Source: Eledone cirrhosa
Lineage: Eukaryota
Direction of reading: 5' to 3'
Assembly (NCBI GenBank): GCA_964016885.1
Contig: CAXHJY010001714.1
Location: 62,001-126,000 of the forward strand
Length of the DNA: 64,000 nt
This document shows positions 38,254-50,221 of the stretch, in pieces. The translations under genes were made by a program, and so were the position numbers. The notes beneath the pieces were generated by a model that did no database searches, was not told where the DNA came from, and worked only from the letters and a program-made list of their open reading frames with translations. Position 1 is the stretch's first letter, and each line of letters begins with the position of its first letter.

Positions 38254-38922
38254 AATTTAAGACAGTAGGGAGTGGTGTGATATGGGGGAGAGTTAGCTGC
38301 TGTTTCTAGCAGGTTTAGTGACCTCATAGAAGATATGTTTTCTAAATTTAAGACAGTAGGGAGGGGTGTGATATGGGGGAGAGTTAGCTGCTGTTTCTAG
38401 CAGGTTTAGTGACCTCATAGAAGATATGTTTTCTAAATTTAAGACAGTAGGGAGGGGTGTGATATGGGGGAGAGTTAGCTGCTGTTTCTAGCAGGTTTAG
38501 TAACCTCATAGAGGATATGTGTTTTCTAAATTTAAGACAGTAGAGAGTGGTGTGATATGGGGGAGAGTTAGCTGCTGTTTCTAGCAGGTTTAGTGACCTC
38601 ATAGAAGATATGTTTTCTAAATTTAAGACAGTAGGGAGGGGTGTGATATGGGGGAGAGTTAGTTGCTGTTTCTAGCAGGTTTAGTAACCTCATAGAGGAT
38701 ATGTGTTTTCTAAATTTAAGACAGTAGAGAGTGGTGTGATATGGGGGAGAGTTAGCTGCTGTTTCTAGCAGGTTTAGTGACCTCATAGAAGATATGTTTT
38801 CTAAATTTAAGACAGTAGGGAGGGGTGTGATATGGGGGAGAGTTAGTTGCTGTTTCTAGCAGGTTTAGTAACCTCATAGAGGATATGTGTTTTCTAAATT
38901 TAAGACAGTAGGGAGTGGTGTG
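38254..38922. repeat. 91/93-bp minisatellite forming a 184-bp dimer
   Basis: AATTTAAGAC at 38254, 38345, 38436, 38529, 38620, 38713, 38804, 38897; one further unit at ~35571-35663. Confidence 0.95.
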
Positions 38923-39352
38923 AACGGACAGTATCACCATCAAGCTTGGAAAGAGAAAGTAGCAGAAAGTATGAAGTTGTATAGATTTTGAATGGTAGTA
39001 GAAAGAGTTCAGCAGTTTAAATGAGAGAAAAATCGTAAAATATTGAGTTTTATCTATTTTTTGCGTAATTGTGGGTGAAATTGAAAAAATTATCTGCGTC
39101 AAGACGCAATCGAAACTATTTCGAATACTGAATTGTAAATTTCAATTGAATAAATTCTATATCGTAAATTTCTATAACGAAGGAGCATGACCATACACTG
39201 AGCTTTATAGATTATGATAAATAACATTTTCAAAAATACATAAGTGGAAAAAAAACAGTGCAATCAAATTTTTGTGGAAAAATATCTTACCTTCTTCAAT
39301 AAAATAAAAAAAATATGTATTTTGCGAAATCGAGAAACTTTCAATAATGACC

Positions 39353-39807
39353 AGAAGTCGACCCTAAATATTACTAATAGCCCTAGGAGTGCCATGAACG
39401 ACACCATATCTTTTCAACTTTGATTTTGAAAGTAGGTTTATAATTATCAATTTTCATTATACTTTCGTAGCTGTCTCGGTGGCCTAGCTGGAGGAATCAT
39501 AGACGGTGGTTATCCTGGTCAGATGTTCGATCCTAGTCGGGAGTAGGGTTCCCAGTAAACCTTTTCAGTTTTTTCTATTGGTTGTAAAATGAAACTGAAA
39601 AAGATCATATGTACCTCTTGACCAGGATTGAACCCAAGGCCAGCGTCTCCAACATCTCTAATACCTACCACTAGGCCACAGAGACAACTACGAAAATCTT
39701 ATGAAAATTCATACTTACAAACCTTCTTTCAAAATTTTCAAAACAAAGTATTATGGTGACGTTTATGTCTTTCTTAATATTATTGATCCTACTTAAGGTC
39801 GACTTCT
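39353..39807. mobile_element. Degenerate fold-back element with a tRNA-like A/B-box unit in each arm
   Basis: Termini AGAAGTCGACC / GGTCGACTTCT. Plus arm TGGCCTAGCTGG...GTTCGATCC; minus arm TGGCCTAGTGG...GGTTCAATCC; central TTTTCAGTTT / AAACTGAAAA. Confidence 0.65.
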
Positions 39808-40054
39808 AAATCATTTGGGTGTTCCATAAACTACATCCGCATTCCTTTTCACATCTATCTAGACTATATTTTAAGCTGTAATCCATGTTTCTTTTCTGTT
39901 GCACCTCATTTCCCTCCCCCTCTCCCTTCTCTCTGTGATATTTGAATCTACTATGATTTGGGCTTACTTTATTCATATATACATGTTTTTGCATGTCAGA
40001 TTCAAACTTACAATGATTGGCATTATATATATATATATATATATATATAACTTG

Positions 40055-40164
<110 letters not shown>

Positions 40165-40271
40165 CGCGTGTGTGTGTGTTCTGAAGAGAATGTTTTGGTA
40201 AAAACAGGAGCAAGCAGGAGAAAGCTTTCAACATTCGTAGTTTTTAGTTACGATGGAGATTTTATAAAAAT

Positions 40272-40460
40272 AATTGTTTATACTTTTGGCACAAGGCCAG
40301 AAATTACCCAGTACATTACTGGTACTTTATTTTATAGACCCCGTAAGGATGAAAGGCAAAGTTAACCTCGGCGGGATTTGAACTCAGACCGTAAAGGGAC
40401 GTAACTATGCTGGAAAGCATGGCGTCCGACCCTCTACCGATACTTCCAATTCACCTCCCT
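40272..40460 (-). mobile_element. tRNA-derived SINE (family A)
   Basis: GGTACTTTATTTTATAGACCCCGTAAGGATGAAAGGCAAAGTTAACCTCGGCGGGATTTGAACTCAG. Confidence 0.8.
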
Positions 40461-41526
40461 TGATTTTATAAAAATAATAACAATAATAATGGTGAAGTTG
40501 CATAAATCGTTTAATCATTATAATTATTTCCACGGTTCTCCATGCAATTGAGAAGTCCTTCATGCATTTATTGTTGTTATGAAAACGGTATCCTCAGATG
40601 AAAAAAAAATGATTTAGTGATATGCTGCCGGTAGGAAAAAACACACGCCCTACTGCTTGTGTGCCCAGCAGACATATGAATTTCTGAAAGGGTCTCCCAG
40701 CTGTCATGCTTGCTGGAGCAGGATGTTATCAATGTGTCGTGTTGTTGTTGTAGCTGTTGTCTTGAATGTGGCTGTCAACAAAATATATACCCCACCCTCC
40801 CTCAGAGTTCCATTTGTTACTTCTACTATCTAATGGGCTATGGTTACGTATAGTTTTTCGTTTGATACAGATCAACACAGCTTTACCTCTCTACTCGTTT
40901 ACGACCTCAACTCCGTTGGGGATGTGAGAATCCTATTTTTCACTAATCACACGTTGATAACATCTTGCTCCAGCAAGTATATATATTCCCAATTTCATTC
41001 CCAGTTCTTCAGTCAACCCAAGGTTATGATAAATTATGCTTACCCTTCTCACCTGATGGAGTTATAGGGGCACCATCTTGAAACACCATTTTAAATTTGG
41101 CAGAGCCCATTCCTCAAAAGGTCTGAACATAGCCCAGCCAATTTCTTCCAGACAGAGAGGGAAATTTTTTATTCCATGCTCTAATGACCCTACCAAGTCA
41201 CCACCTTATCCTGACATAAGCTTTATCTATTTTAATTCTGGTTTATTCATGATTTGCATCTATATATATTATATATACATATTGTATAATTATGGTAGCA
41301 ACAATATTTGTTTTTTGTTAGTAATCTGTAGTATATTATTAACTTTATAAATTCTGTTCTAAAGTATATTTAGAAATGTGTTATTTGCAAAATTCTATGT
41401 ACAAGAAGCTTTAGATTTCTTGCTACAGTACTGAGCAAGTAAATGTCACTGATCATTGATTAATGATCCTGAAATATTCTAGTATTTGATGTTCTCACAC
41501 AGTTACATAGGTAGCTGATCACAGAT

Positions 41527-41674
41527 TAATCCTTTAGCATTTACTATTATATTTTCACGGTAAAGGCTTTACCTCACATAATTATCTTACATATTATCGA
41601 ATCTATGAGATTTTGATGTGAAAGAGGTGAGAGAATTCTGGCTGGATACAGCTGGTTTAAATGCTAAAGGGTTA
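41527..41674. mobile_element. Internally deleted piggyBac-type MITE
   Basis: TTAATCCTTTAGCATTTA ... TAAATGCTAAAGGGTTAA. Confidence 0.75.
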
Positions 41675-41999
41675 AAATCACCACAAGACTTATGTATGTT
41701 TATTATACATAAGCATATTGTATATGTTTCCCATATACATCTCTATTCTGAACCACGCTTCGTTAATACTATTGTTAATATTTATATGGTCTTATTATGT
41801 ATGGTAGTCATAAAATAGATTATAATCTCCCACAAAAGTTGTTGCTATTCCAGTTTTGTTCAATTCATTTATAATAAATGTAAAATCATATGGCTATTTA
41901 TTTATTTATTCATTTTATCTCATTAGAAATAGGTTATTTCCCCACCTCGCAAATAATTTCATAAATTTCTATTAAGTAAACAAGTTTTAAATTACTTAA

Positions 42000-42635
42000 C
42001 CTGTATATATATAAAGATGAGGTTTTCTGTATGTGTGTGTATGTGTGTGTGGACAATTTTTAATGAGAGCTCATATATTCTAAACCATTCATGCGATTTC
42101 TTTGAAATTTTTTACAGAGCTTCTCCTTGCACAAAACCTGTACATGGTCTACAAAGGCTTTCAAAAATCGATATTGGGGCCTTTGGAGACATTAAAAAAG
42201 TTTTGGTTATTTGTGTCAATTTTCGTGATTAAGTAAGACAAGAGTTATCTTTCGTCAATATTTCGTGATTAAGTAAGACAAGAGTTATCTTTCGTCAATA
42301 CAATAGGAACTCATTTTTGATGTTGTCGAAAATTTTGTTTGGAGATTTTGATTATTACAATTCGGCTCATTCGGATTTTACTTTACTCTTTGTACTTGAA
42401 ACAAAAGGTTTTACTGCTGTCAAAAAAATTTATACCTAGACTGGATTTCTGTTGTTACATGGGATAACGGATGACACCGAGCTCACATATTAATTATTTT
42501 GCTGGAATAGTGCCTAAGGTTTTCATGTTTACATAAAGTACGTTTTTCTTCTATGTATTCAAATTTACTTTGTTTAGTTTAATGAGCTACATCGAAAGCT
42601 ACTTGAACTGTCCAAAGGATGGGTACTTTAGCTGG
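42000..42635 (+). mobile_element. Probable non-autonomous Helitron
   Basis: 5' CTGTATATATATAAAG (degenerate TCTATATATATAAAG) followed by GT repeats; 3' hairpin CTGTCC..GGATGG then CTGG|T; internal 40-bp tandem duplication at 42221-42300. Confidence 0.5.
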
Positions 42636-44034
42636 TTTAAAATATAATACAAATTTTGTAGATATCATTTTTTAGTTTAAAGTTGAATTTTCACCTTATA
42701 TTCTGAAAACTTTATAATTTTCACTAATATTCTGAAGACTTTGCAACTAGAATTAAAATCTTTTTTTAAAATAAAATGTTTTGATATTCTGCTAAAATAG
42801 TTTACTATTAACTTTCTAATACTACTTTTTAGTAGTTTTCTCTAATAATTGTTTTTGCTTTTGGCATAAGGCCAGCAATTACCCCAATGCATTATTTTTA
42901 TTGACCCCCACAAGGATGAAAGGCAAAGTTTTCTCTAATAATATCTGTTTTAAAGTAAAACTTTTATTTTTTAAATTTTAGAGGCTTTGTTGCATTATTT
43001 TATAAACTGCAGGGCAGTGAATTAGGAGTATTGGTAGATAGCTTGAAAAATGCTGCTTTACAGTATTTACCAAATATACTTGTATAAAACCTAACAAATA
43101 TGTGACAAAAAAAATTGATGATAAAATGGAGGCCGGCTTATATTTGAGGTCAATATTTTGACGATTTTTGCCAATTTCAAATTCTACATAAATACGGTGC
43201 TAAAATATCTGTAGTGATTATTTTACAATGAAATGCTGTTTTTCTACATTTACTACATTGTCATGAGTGTTATATATACATTCGCTTGAAAACATTCCCT
43301 ACAAAATTTTATAACTTGAACTTTGTAATACATAAATATCCCTTACATATAACACACATGCATGCACATATGCATGCATATACATACTGAATCCTTATAC
43401 AATGTTATCTTAGTCAATCCTTTTCTTTCAACAAATGGTCATCCAGCATCATTTTACAAAGCCAACAATTTGTAGGAAGATGGAAAGTCAATCACATCAA
43501 CCCCAGAACTTGACTGATACTTTATTTTATTGACACCCCACCATCCCCAAAAGCAGAAAGGGAAAGTTGACCTTGGTCAGAATGTGAAGGCCAGAAATTA
43601 AATGTCATGGGACAATTCTGCCAATCTACTGCTCTTATATCCTATAATATGAAAAAAAAACATTAATGTTATTAAAAAACAAGCTGTTTCCATAGTCTTG
43701 TATTATGACCATGCTGTTATTTTCTTTATTCCAATGTAGTTGATTTCTAAGAATGTTTGCCGACCCTTGATCTAGTTTATTGTCTGTGTTTACACAATAT
43801 CTGTTTTATCTCAAATAAACGTTAATCAGATATTTATCAAACGTACGTCTGATAACACCAAATGTGTTTTGTTCTGAATGTTTCTATTTTTTTTTGTAAA
43901 TAGTTGTTGTTAATCCCAAATCATGTTTAATCAAAGGTATTCTAGTTATAACCAGTGTGAAGCTGTTATGAGGACTCCTTTGTAATCAGCAATAATAGAA
44001 CATTAAGTTTCTTTTGAAACTCTTCTGGAATTCT

Positions 44035-44300
44035 AAAGTCTGTCTCAAACTCAGAGGCTCTTCAGGCTGGTGCTTATCCCGGTTTCCATGGTGACTGAGA
44101 GTACAATACTCCCCCTGGACAGGACGCTAGTCCATCGCAGAATACCAGCTATTGCTGGTACTCATTTTCCGTTGAGTATACTGGAGCAACATGAAATGAA
44201 GTGTTTTGATCAAGAATACAACACACAACCTAGTCCAGGAGTTGAACCCACAATGTTATGGTCGTAAGTCCAATACCCTTACCACTAGACCACGAGCTTC
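44035..44300 (-). mobile_element. tRNA-derived SINE (family C)
   Basis: Minus strand GTGGTCTAGTGGTAAGGG A-box and GGGTTCAACTCC B-box; colinear copy at 61056-61313. Confidence 0.8.
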
Positions 44301-45215
44301 CTCTGGTATTAGGGTCCTTCAAGTTTAAGCTACATTAGTTTTATGGCAGATCCACCACTTGACACACTTTATTACATTTCTTATCATTAACTTAACAGTT
44401 TTTAATTCAGCTTTCACATTTCTCTACTAATTAATACATATTTGTAACTTCATCATAATTCAATATACTCTCACCTACTTTTATTCATAATTATGGCAAT
44501 TTACGTATTTAATTATCTTCCTCACTTATTCTCTATCTATAATGTATTGATTGACATAGCTTCAATGGGATGGATTAAATATGGTATTTCAATATGAGGA
44601 AATCATCAAAGTGTTTTGTAAGATTGAGGTTCTGACATTTGAAAAGGAAAGAATATAAATCTCACTCATTAAATTTCTCCTTTCAAATAGGATAACAAGT
44701 TAATGAAAACTAATTATTCTTGTTAAAGAATATTAAGACATCTTTCTGTTTCTGTATGCACATGTGCATGGATAAGCAGTGTTGTGGTTATATCCAAAGA
44801 AGGGAAGGGCTGTATGATGTTTAATCTATGACATGGTTTGGCATGGATGAGGATGGACTGTGTAATAGAAAATGCAGGTTTAGTTTCTTTTTAAACATCT
44901 TTGTGAGTAGGAGAGAGAAAACAAAACACCTGGAGGTCACTTTTGGAAATTCCAAAAGAGAAGGGAGATAATTTCAGAAAATCAAGAATACACTCTACAA
45001 AGATTGAACATGCTGGAGAAATGGCAATCTGATCTTTGTTGCAAGCAAGGAAAACCTATATGCATATGTTTTGCTCTGTTAGGTATCATCAACATAATAC
45101 AGACTCAATTTGCTTGGTGATTAAAAATACATTTTTATATATTTATTTATTTAAACTGATGTTCATAATAGTTTAAATATAGTAAATAATGTATAATTGT
45201 TTAAATATAGTAAAT

Positions 45216-45533
45216 AATTGTTTCTACTTTAGGCCAGCAATTACCCAGTGCACTACTGGTACTTTATTTTATCGACCCCGTAAGGATGAAAGGCAAAGTT
45301 AACCTCGGCGGAATTTGAACTCAGAATGGCAAGGGCCGTATAGTAAATAATTGTTTCTACTTTAGGCACAAGGCCAGCAATTACCCAGTGCATTACTGGT
45401 ACTTTATTTTATCTACCCCATAAGGATGAAAGGCAAAGTCAACCTCGGCGGGATTTGAACTCAGATCGTAAAGGGACGTAACTATGCTGGAAAGCATGGC
45501 GTCCGACCCTCTACCAATACTGCCAATCCACCG
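45216..45533 (-). mobile_element. Two tandem family-A SINEs (one truncated, one full-length)
   Basis: The same diagnostic motifs occur twice (45216-45340, 45346-45533). Confidence 0.8.
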
Positions 45534-46263
45534 TAAATAATGTTTATAATAGTAAAACCAATTTAATAGAAAAAGAAAAAAATAGATTCAGAAGAAAGAA
45601 TGGAATGTAAAATAAGAAAATATAAAAACGGAAAAGGAAGGGAAAGGCAAGGGCTCTAGTGTAACAGAAGAATGGGGAGGGGCTCTGGGCCTATGACATG
45701 GCGGTAATGGGGCTGTACCCTGCAGACAAGACCGCAAAAGCATTTCCCGCTGAATGAACATGTATTTTTGACCAAATGAAATTTGCATAATTAAAAATAG
45801 AAGGAGTAAAGAAAAATAATTGTTTCTACTTTTGGCACAAGGCCAGCAAAATAATGGTAGGGAGCCAATAGAATAAATTTGGATGATGAAGCCAAAGGGT
45901 AGTTTAGTGAAGGCTGTGCCCTCTCCACAACATACATTCATCACACTTATTTCACTTTTGCAGGTTATATTGTTTCCTTTTTATATATTTAGACAATTAA
46001 TAACATGTGTACATGGACACCCATACACAAACACAATCACAGACATACATGTACATAATTATTTATTTCATATATACATCTGCTGTGACATATTTCATTT
46101 CACTTTACTCTAGTCTACTTGACTGACAAAAATGAGTTTACCTATAAGTCAATGAACTAGCTTGTCATACCGTATGTCACACTGAACCTCCCTCACAACT
46201 ACATTATAGATACACTTGTCTGTAAAACGTTCAGTCACTTGTTTGTTAATTTAACAATAAGGC

Positions 46264-46572
46264 CAAAGATTCTCAAACTTTGGGGCCACCGCCTCACTCA
46301 CAGCTACGTAATACCTTCAGCCCCCCCCCCTCAACCCTATTTCCAGAGAGACCAGCCTACACACAAATGGTAAATAATATATAATAAAATCGTTAATCTA
46401 TATATAATAAATAATATAATATATACCATGTATAAATAAATATTATATATTTTTTTATTTTACTATATTTATATATAATATGTATCATTTGATATTTAAT
46501 ATACTATTATATCATCTCTACCGCCCCCTTCCAACGCCCCTTAGACATCAGCGCCCCCTTGGAGAACCTCTG
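46264..46572. mobile_element. hAT-like MITE
   Basis: CAAAGATTCTCAAA / TTGGAGAACCTCTG imperfect TIRs and subterminal CGCCCC motifs; no clear 8-bp TSD. Confidence 0.5.
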
Positions 46573-46911
46573 GATTGGACTATTCCTAACAACGGGAACA
46601 TTCATCATTGACATCGACGGAGGTCGAGTAATAACTTTCTTAAACATCTAACAACTGGAAGCAACATAATCTATATGCACAGATTTAAAAAAAAAATCTT
46701 TTATTGTTTAGCTGGATTCAGTCATTAGACTGCAGCCATGCTAGGGCACCACCTTGATTGAGGTGATCATATTGACCCCAGTACATATTTTTTCAAGTCT
46801 TGTTACATATTTTATAGGTTTCTCTCTTGTTGAATTGCTAAGTTATAGAACATAAACATAGACATAAACACCTAACTCTAAACCAAATCCTAAATCTAAC
46901 CCTTATACCTG

Positions 46912-49700
46912 TTTAGCAGAGAATGATGTAGTCGCCACTTTAACAGGGTAGATGATTGAAGGTCATTAGTTGCCAGTGTGGTAAGTGATAGTATCCTCGT
47001 TGGATTATCTTGTCGACATAGACGTGAGGGAAGGTCCCTCGATCTATTTACCATCTTAGTATTTACAATATTCCTTTCGTCAGGTCGCCAATTCCAGCAG
47101 CATGGATTATAGATGTTATTGAGACACGAGTAACATAATCATGATTTCAACAGCAGAAATTAGAGATGAAATGTATGTTTATTTTTGATGTAGCACAAAC
47201 AATGTTTGTTAACTTATATGGTTGAAGTTACAGATAAAAAGAGGTTACAAAAGGGAATGTGCCATTGCGCCGAAAAGCTGGCGAGGATAGGGTGCAATAT
47301 CTCACCGTTACATTATGCGTGTTGCTGGCTCAAAGTTTCTGGTACAAGAGAGAGATTCTTCAAATCTTCGCGGGGAATTTCTTCCTCAGGGCGCGTAGGG
47401 ATACATCCTCTTCTACTGGCGCTGATTGGCTGAACTGAGCCAAATCACGCACAGAGAATGTATGTGAGCCCGCGGAATGTAGGTCACTACATCACCTCCG
47501 AGCAGATTTTCAGCCGAAAATCGATAACGAAGAAACCAAGGACCCACATATTGAATCAGCAAGAACAAATGCTGAAAGCGCACATCAGTGAAAAAATAAT
47601 TGAGCAGAAAGATTCATGCAAGAACAAAAAAAATTAGGCGTGACGGGCCGTGTTGAGCCGCTGTCAAATGACTAGCTGTCTTGTAGTTTAAACGAGACCC
47701 TCAAGGTCCTACCAGAAAACAGATAAAGTCTGACATGGGCGAAGTTGCTGTTCTTGCATTAAATGTTAATGGTAAGCGTTGTACCAGTAGCTGTGAACGA
47801 AGCTATTATGGTAGTTTACCAGTACTGGCGAGAAAATGATGGCCCCCAGATGTATTGTCGAATGTGCTGTGGAGCCAGGAAAAAATGGCTGGTTGCTTTG
47901 TAAAGAAAAAAAAAAAAAGCAAGTTTAATCTGTAGGTGGGTTGCAGTGTAAATTCCATAATTCGGGCGAATCCACAGAAGTGGCCGAAATGCTGACAAGT
48001 CCAGTTCAATTTGTTGCTTTCCCAGCGAGTCGGGCAAAAACAACAAGACGGATGGCCGTCATGGACGATCAGTGTGCAACGAGATGCGAAGCTGTTTGAA
48101 TTCAGCTGCAATTAGTATTCTCGTGTTGCGGTGCCTGTTTGAATCCAGTGGATTAAGCTCTGTGAGCTGCTAGCATGTGACAGCACCTCAACCAGGTGAA
48201 AAGGGACTCGCAGAATATTACGTTTGAAGAACATATACCAAGAACAACATGTTGGTGTGTGATAAAAAAATGTGTGCATATGCAGGCATGTAAAACAGCA
48301 AAGAATGTGAATGAACAAAAACCATGAGCAAGCAAATAGCAAAAGAGCACAAAACAAGTAAATGCATTCTACAAAGAAATATGTGAATGTAAGAAACTGA
48401 TAATTCAAAGTCAATCTAAGGGAGCAGAGAAATTGCTCAATAAGTTCAAAGTTTTTCAAAGTCAAATAGTTCACACATCACCAGTGTACAGACACTAGTT
48501 CTATCTGAAAACTGAAAAAGAAGTCTGTTAATGCCGTTAGGGGTTAGATGTATGGTGTTTTTGAGAGTTTTCGTGGCCATTCCACCGTCTTGCCACCCTG
48601 TATGACATAAGGTTTTGTTGTTAAAGCAAAGTCAATGAACCTTCTGAAGAGCAGCAGTCAAGCGATGAAGAACCCAGAGTCCAACATGGCAGCCACTTCT
48701 GACGCCATAATGGTGAGAAAACTACTGTCTCAATTTCTCGAGTCCCTGTGGTAACGAGACAGAAGGTATGGTGGTTGCGTCGGTAAAGTTACAAGCCGTT
48801 TTGAAATTTCCGATGTGTGGTGGTTTGCGTCGGTAAGGCTATGAAGCTGCCACTCACTATTCCCTGTTTTGGTCAGTGGCTAAACAATGTTGTCGCTGCT
48901 GCTGCTGTCGTTGTTGATCGTAGACAGGACCTGTCGGTAGACATTTTGAAATTTTTATGAAGTCGTGGCGAAAAGTTTTTGAAATACTGCTAATTTTTCA
49001 AAAAATTTTGAAAGGAATATATTGTATTTTCGCAAGTTGCGAAAAGGTTGGCAACGTGGCAATAAAAGTTCAACTGAATGAAAAAGAAGGGCTGCGTTAA
49101 ATTCTTACGTCGGTCACCACTTTAGCAGAGAATGATGTAGTCGCCACTTTAACAGGGTAGATGATTGAAGGTCGTTAGTTGCCAGTGTGGTAAGTGATAG
49201 TATCCTCGTTGGATTATCTTGTCGACATAGACGTGAGGGAAGGTCCCTCGATCTATTTACCATCTTAGTATTTACAATATTCCTTTCGTCAGGACGCCAA
49301 TTCCAGCAGCATGGATTATAGATGTTATTGAGACACGAGTAACATAATAATGATTTCAACAGCAGAAATTAGAGATGAAATGTATGTTTATTTTTGATGT
49401 AGCACAAACAATGTTTGTTAACTTATATGGTTGAAGTTACAGATAAAAAGAGGTTACAAAAGGGAATGTGCCATTGCGCCGAAAAGCCGGCGAGGATAGG
49501 GTGCAATACCTCACCGTTACATTATGCGTGTTGCTGGCTCGAAGTTTCTGGTACAAGAGAGAAATTCTTCAAATCTTCGCGGGGAATTTATTCCTCAGGG
49601 CATGTAGGGATACATCCTCTTCTACTGGCGCTGATTGGCTGAACTGAGCCAAATCACGCACAGAGAATGTATGTGAACCCGCGGAATGTAGGTCACTACA
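46912..49700 (-). mobile_element. Non-coding (non-autonomous) LTR retroelement, same LTR family as 37674-38253
   Basis: 580-bp LTRs at 46912-47491 and 49121-49700; TSD CCTG/CTTG (1 mismatch); degenerate tRNA-Trp PBS (plus TTACGTCGGTCACCA); 1.63-kb interior with no retro-domain ORF. Confidence 0.9.
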
Positions 49701-49704
49701 CTTG

Positions 49705-49800
49705 TCTCTAACCCTAAGCTTAACCCTTAATCTAACTCACAACCCTAACCCCAACTCTAAACTTAACCCTAACACTCAACCTAACCCAACCCTAACCCTA
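49705..49800. repeat. Degenerate (CCCTAA)n telomere-like tract (other half at ~46870-46910)
   Basis: CTAACCCTAA...AACCCTAACCCTA; a similar tract lies on the other side of the LTR element. Confidence 0.65.
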
Positions 49801-49984
49801 ATATGGGACATAAATATAGACAAGGACAATCACACACACACACAGACATACACTACACACACATATGTATGTAATGGGCTTCTGTCTACCAAATTCTCGA
49901 TGCTACAGTTGAAGACATTTGCCCAAGATACTGCGCGACTAGACTGAATCCTGAACCCCGTGGTTGTGAAGCGAACACTTTAAT

Positions 49985-50172
49985 AACTGTTTCTACTTTT
50001 GGCACAAGGCCACCAATTATTCCAGTGTATTACTGGTACTTTATTTTATCGACCCTGTCAGGATGAAAGGCAAAGTTAACCTCGGCGGGATTTGAACTCA
50101 GAACATAAAGGGCCGTAACCCTTTGCTGCAAAGCATGGTGTCCGACCGTCAACCGATACTGCCAATCCACCG
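49985..50172 (-). mobile_element. Family-A SINE inserted into another tRNA-SINE (49864-49984, resuming ~50178)
   Basis: Diagnostic family-A motifs; CGAACACTTTAATAAC is duplicated on both sides. Confidence 0.75.
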
Positions 50173-50221
50173 CCAATCGAACACTTTAATAACATAGTCA
50201 TACTTGCGCCTAGAATAGATA

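Larger units (their letters stand above)
35274..39211 (-). mobile_element. Non-autonomous Helitron with an internal minisatellite, interrupted by an LTR element
   Basis: Minus-strand 3' end: hairpin (plus CCCGTCGTTGCTCGGG) then CTAG|T at 35274. Minus-strand 5' end A|TCTATAAAG at 39211. The 91/93-bp repeats are continuous across the insertion. Confidence 0.65.

Noticed and set aside
38384-39102. Repeated MRSLNLLETAANSPPYH ORFs
   Set aside because: Products of the 91/93-bp minisatellite; the frame shifts every dimer.
41030-41215. Possible mariner YSPD-like remnant (PFSPD...HHL)
   Set aside because: Too degenerate to support by eye.
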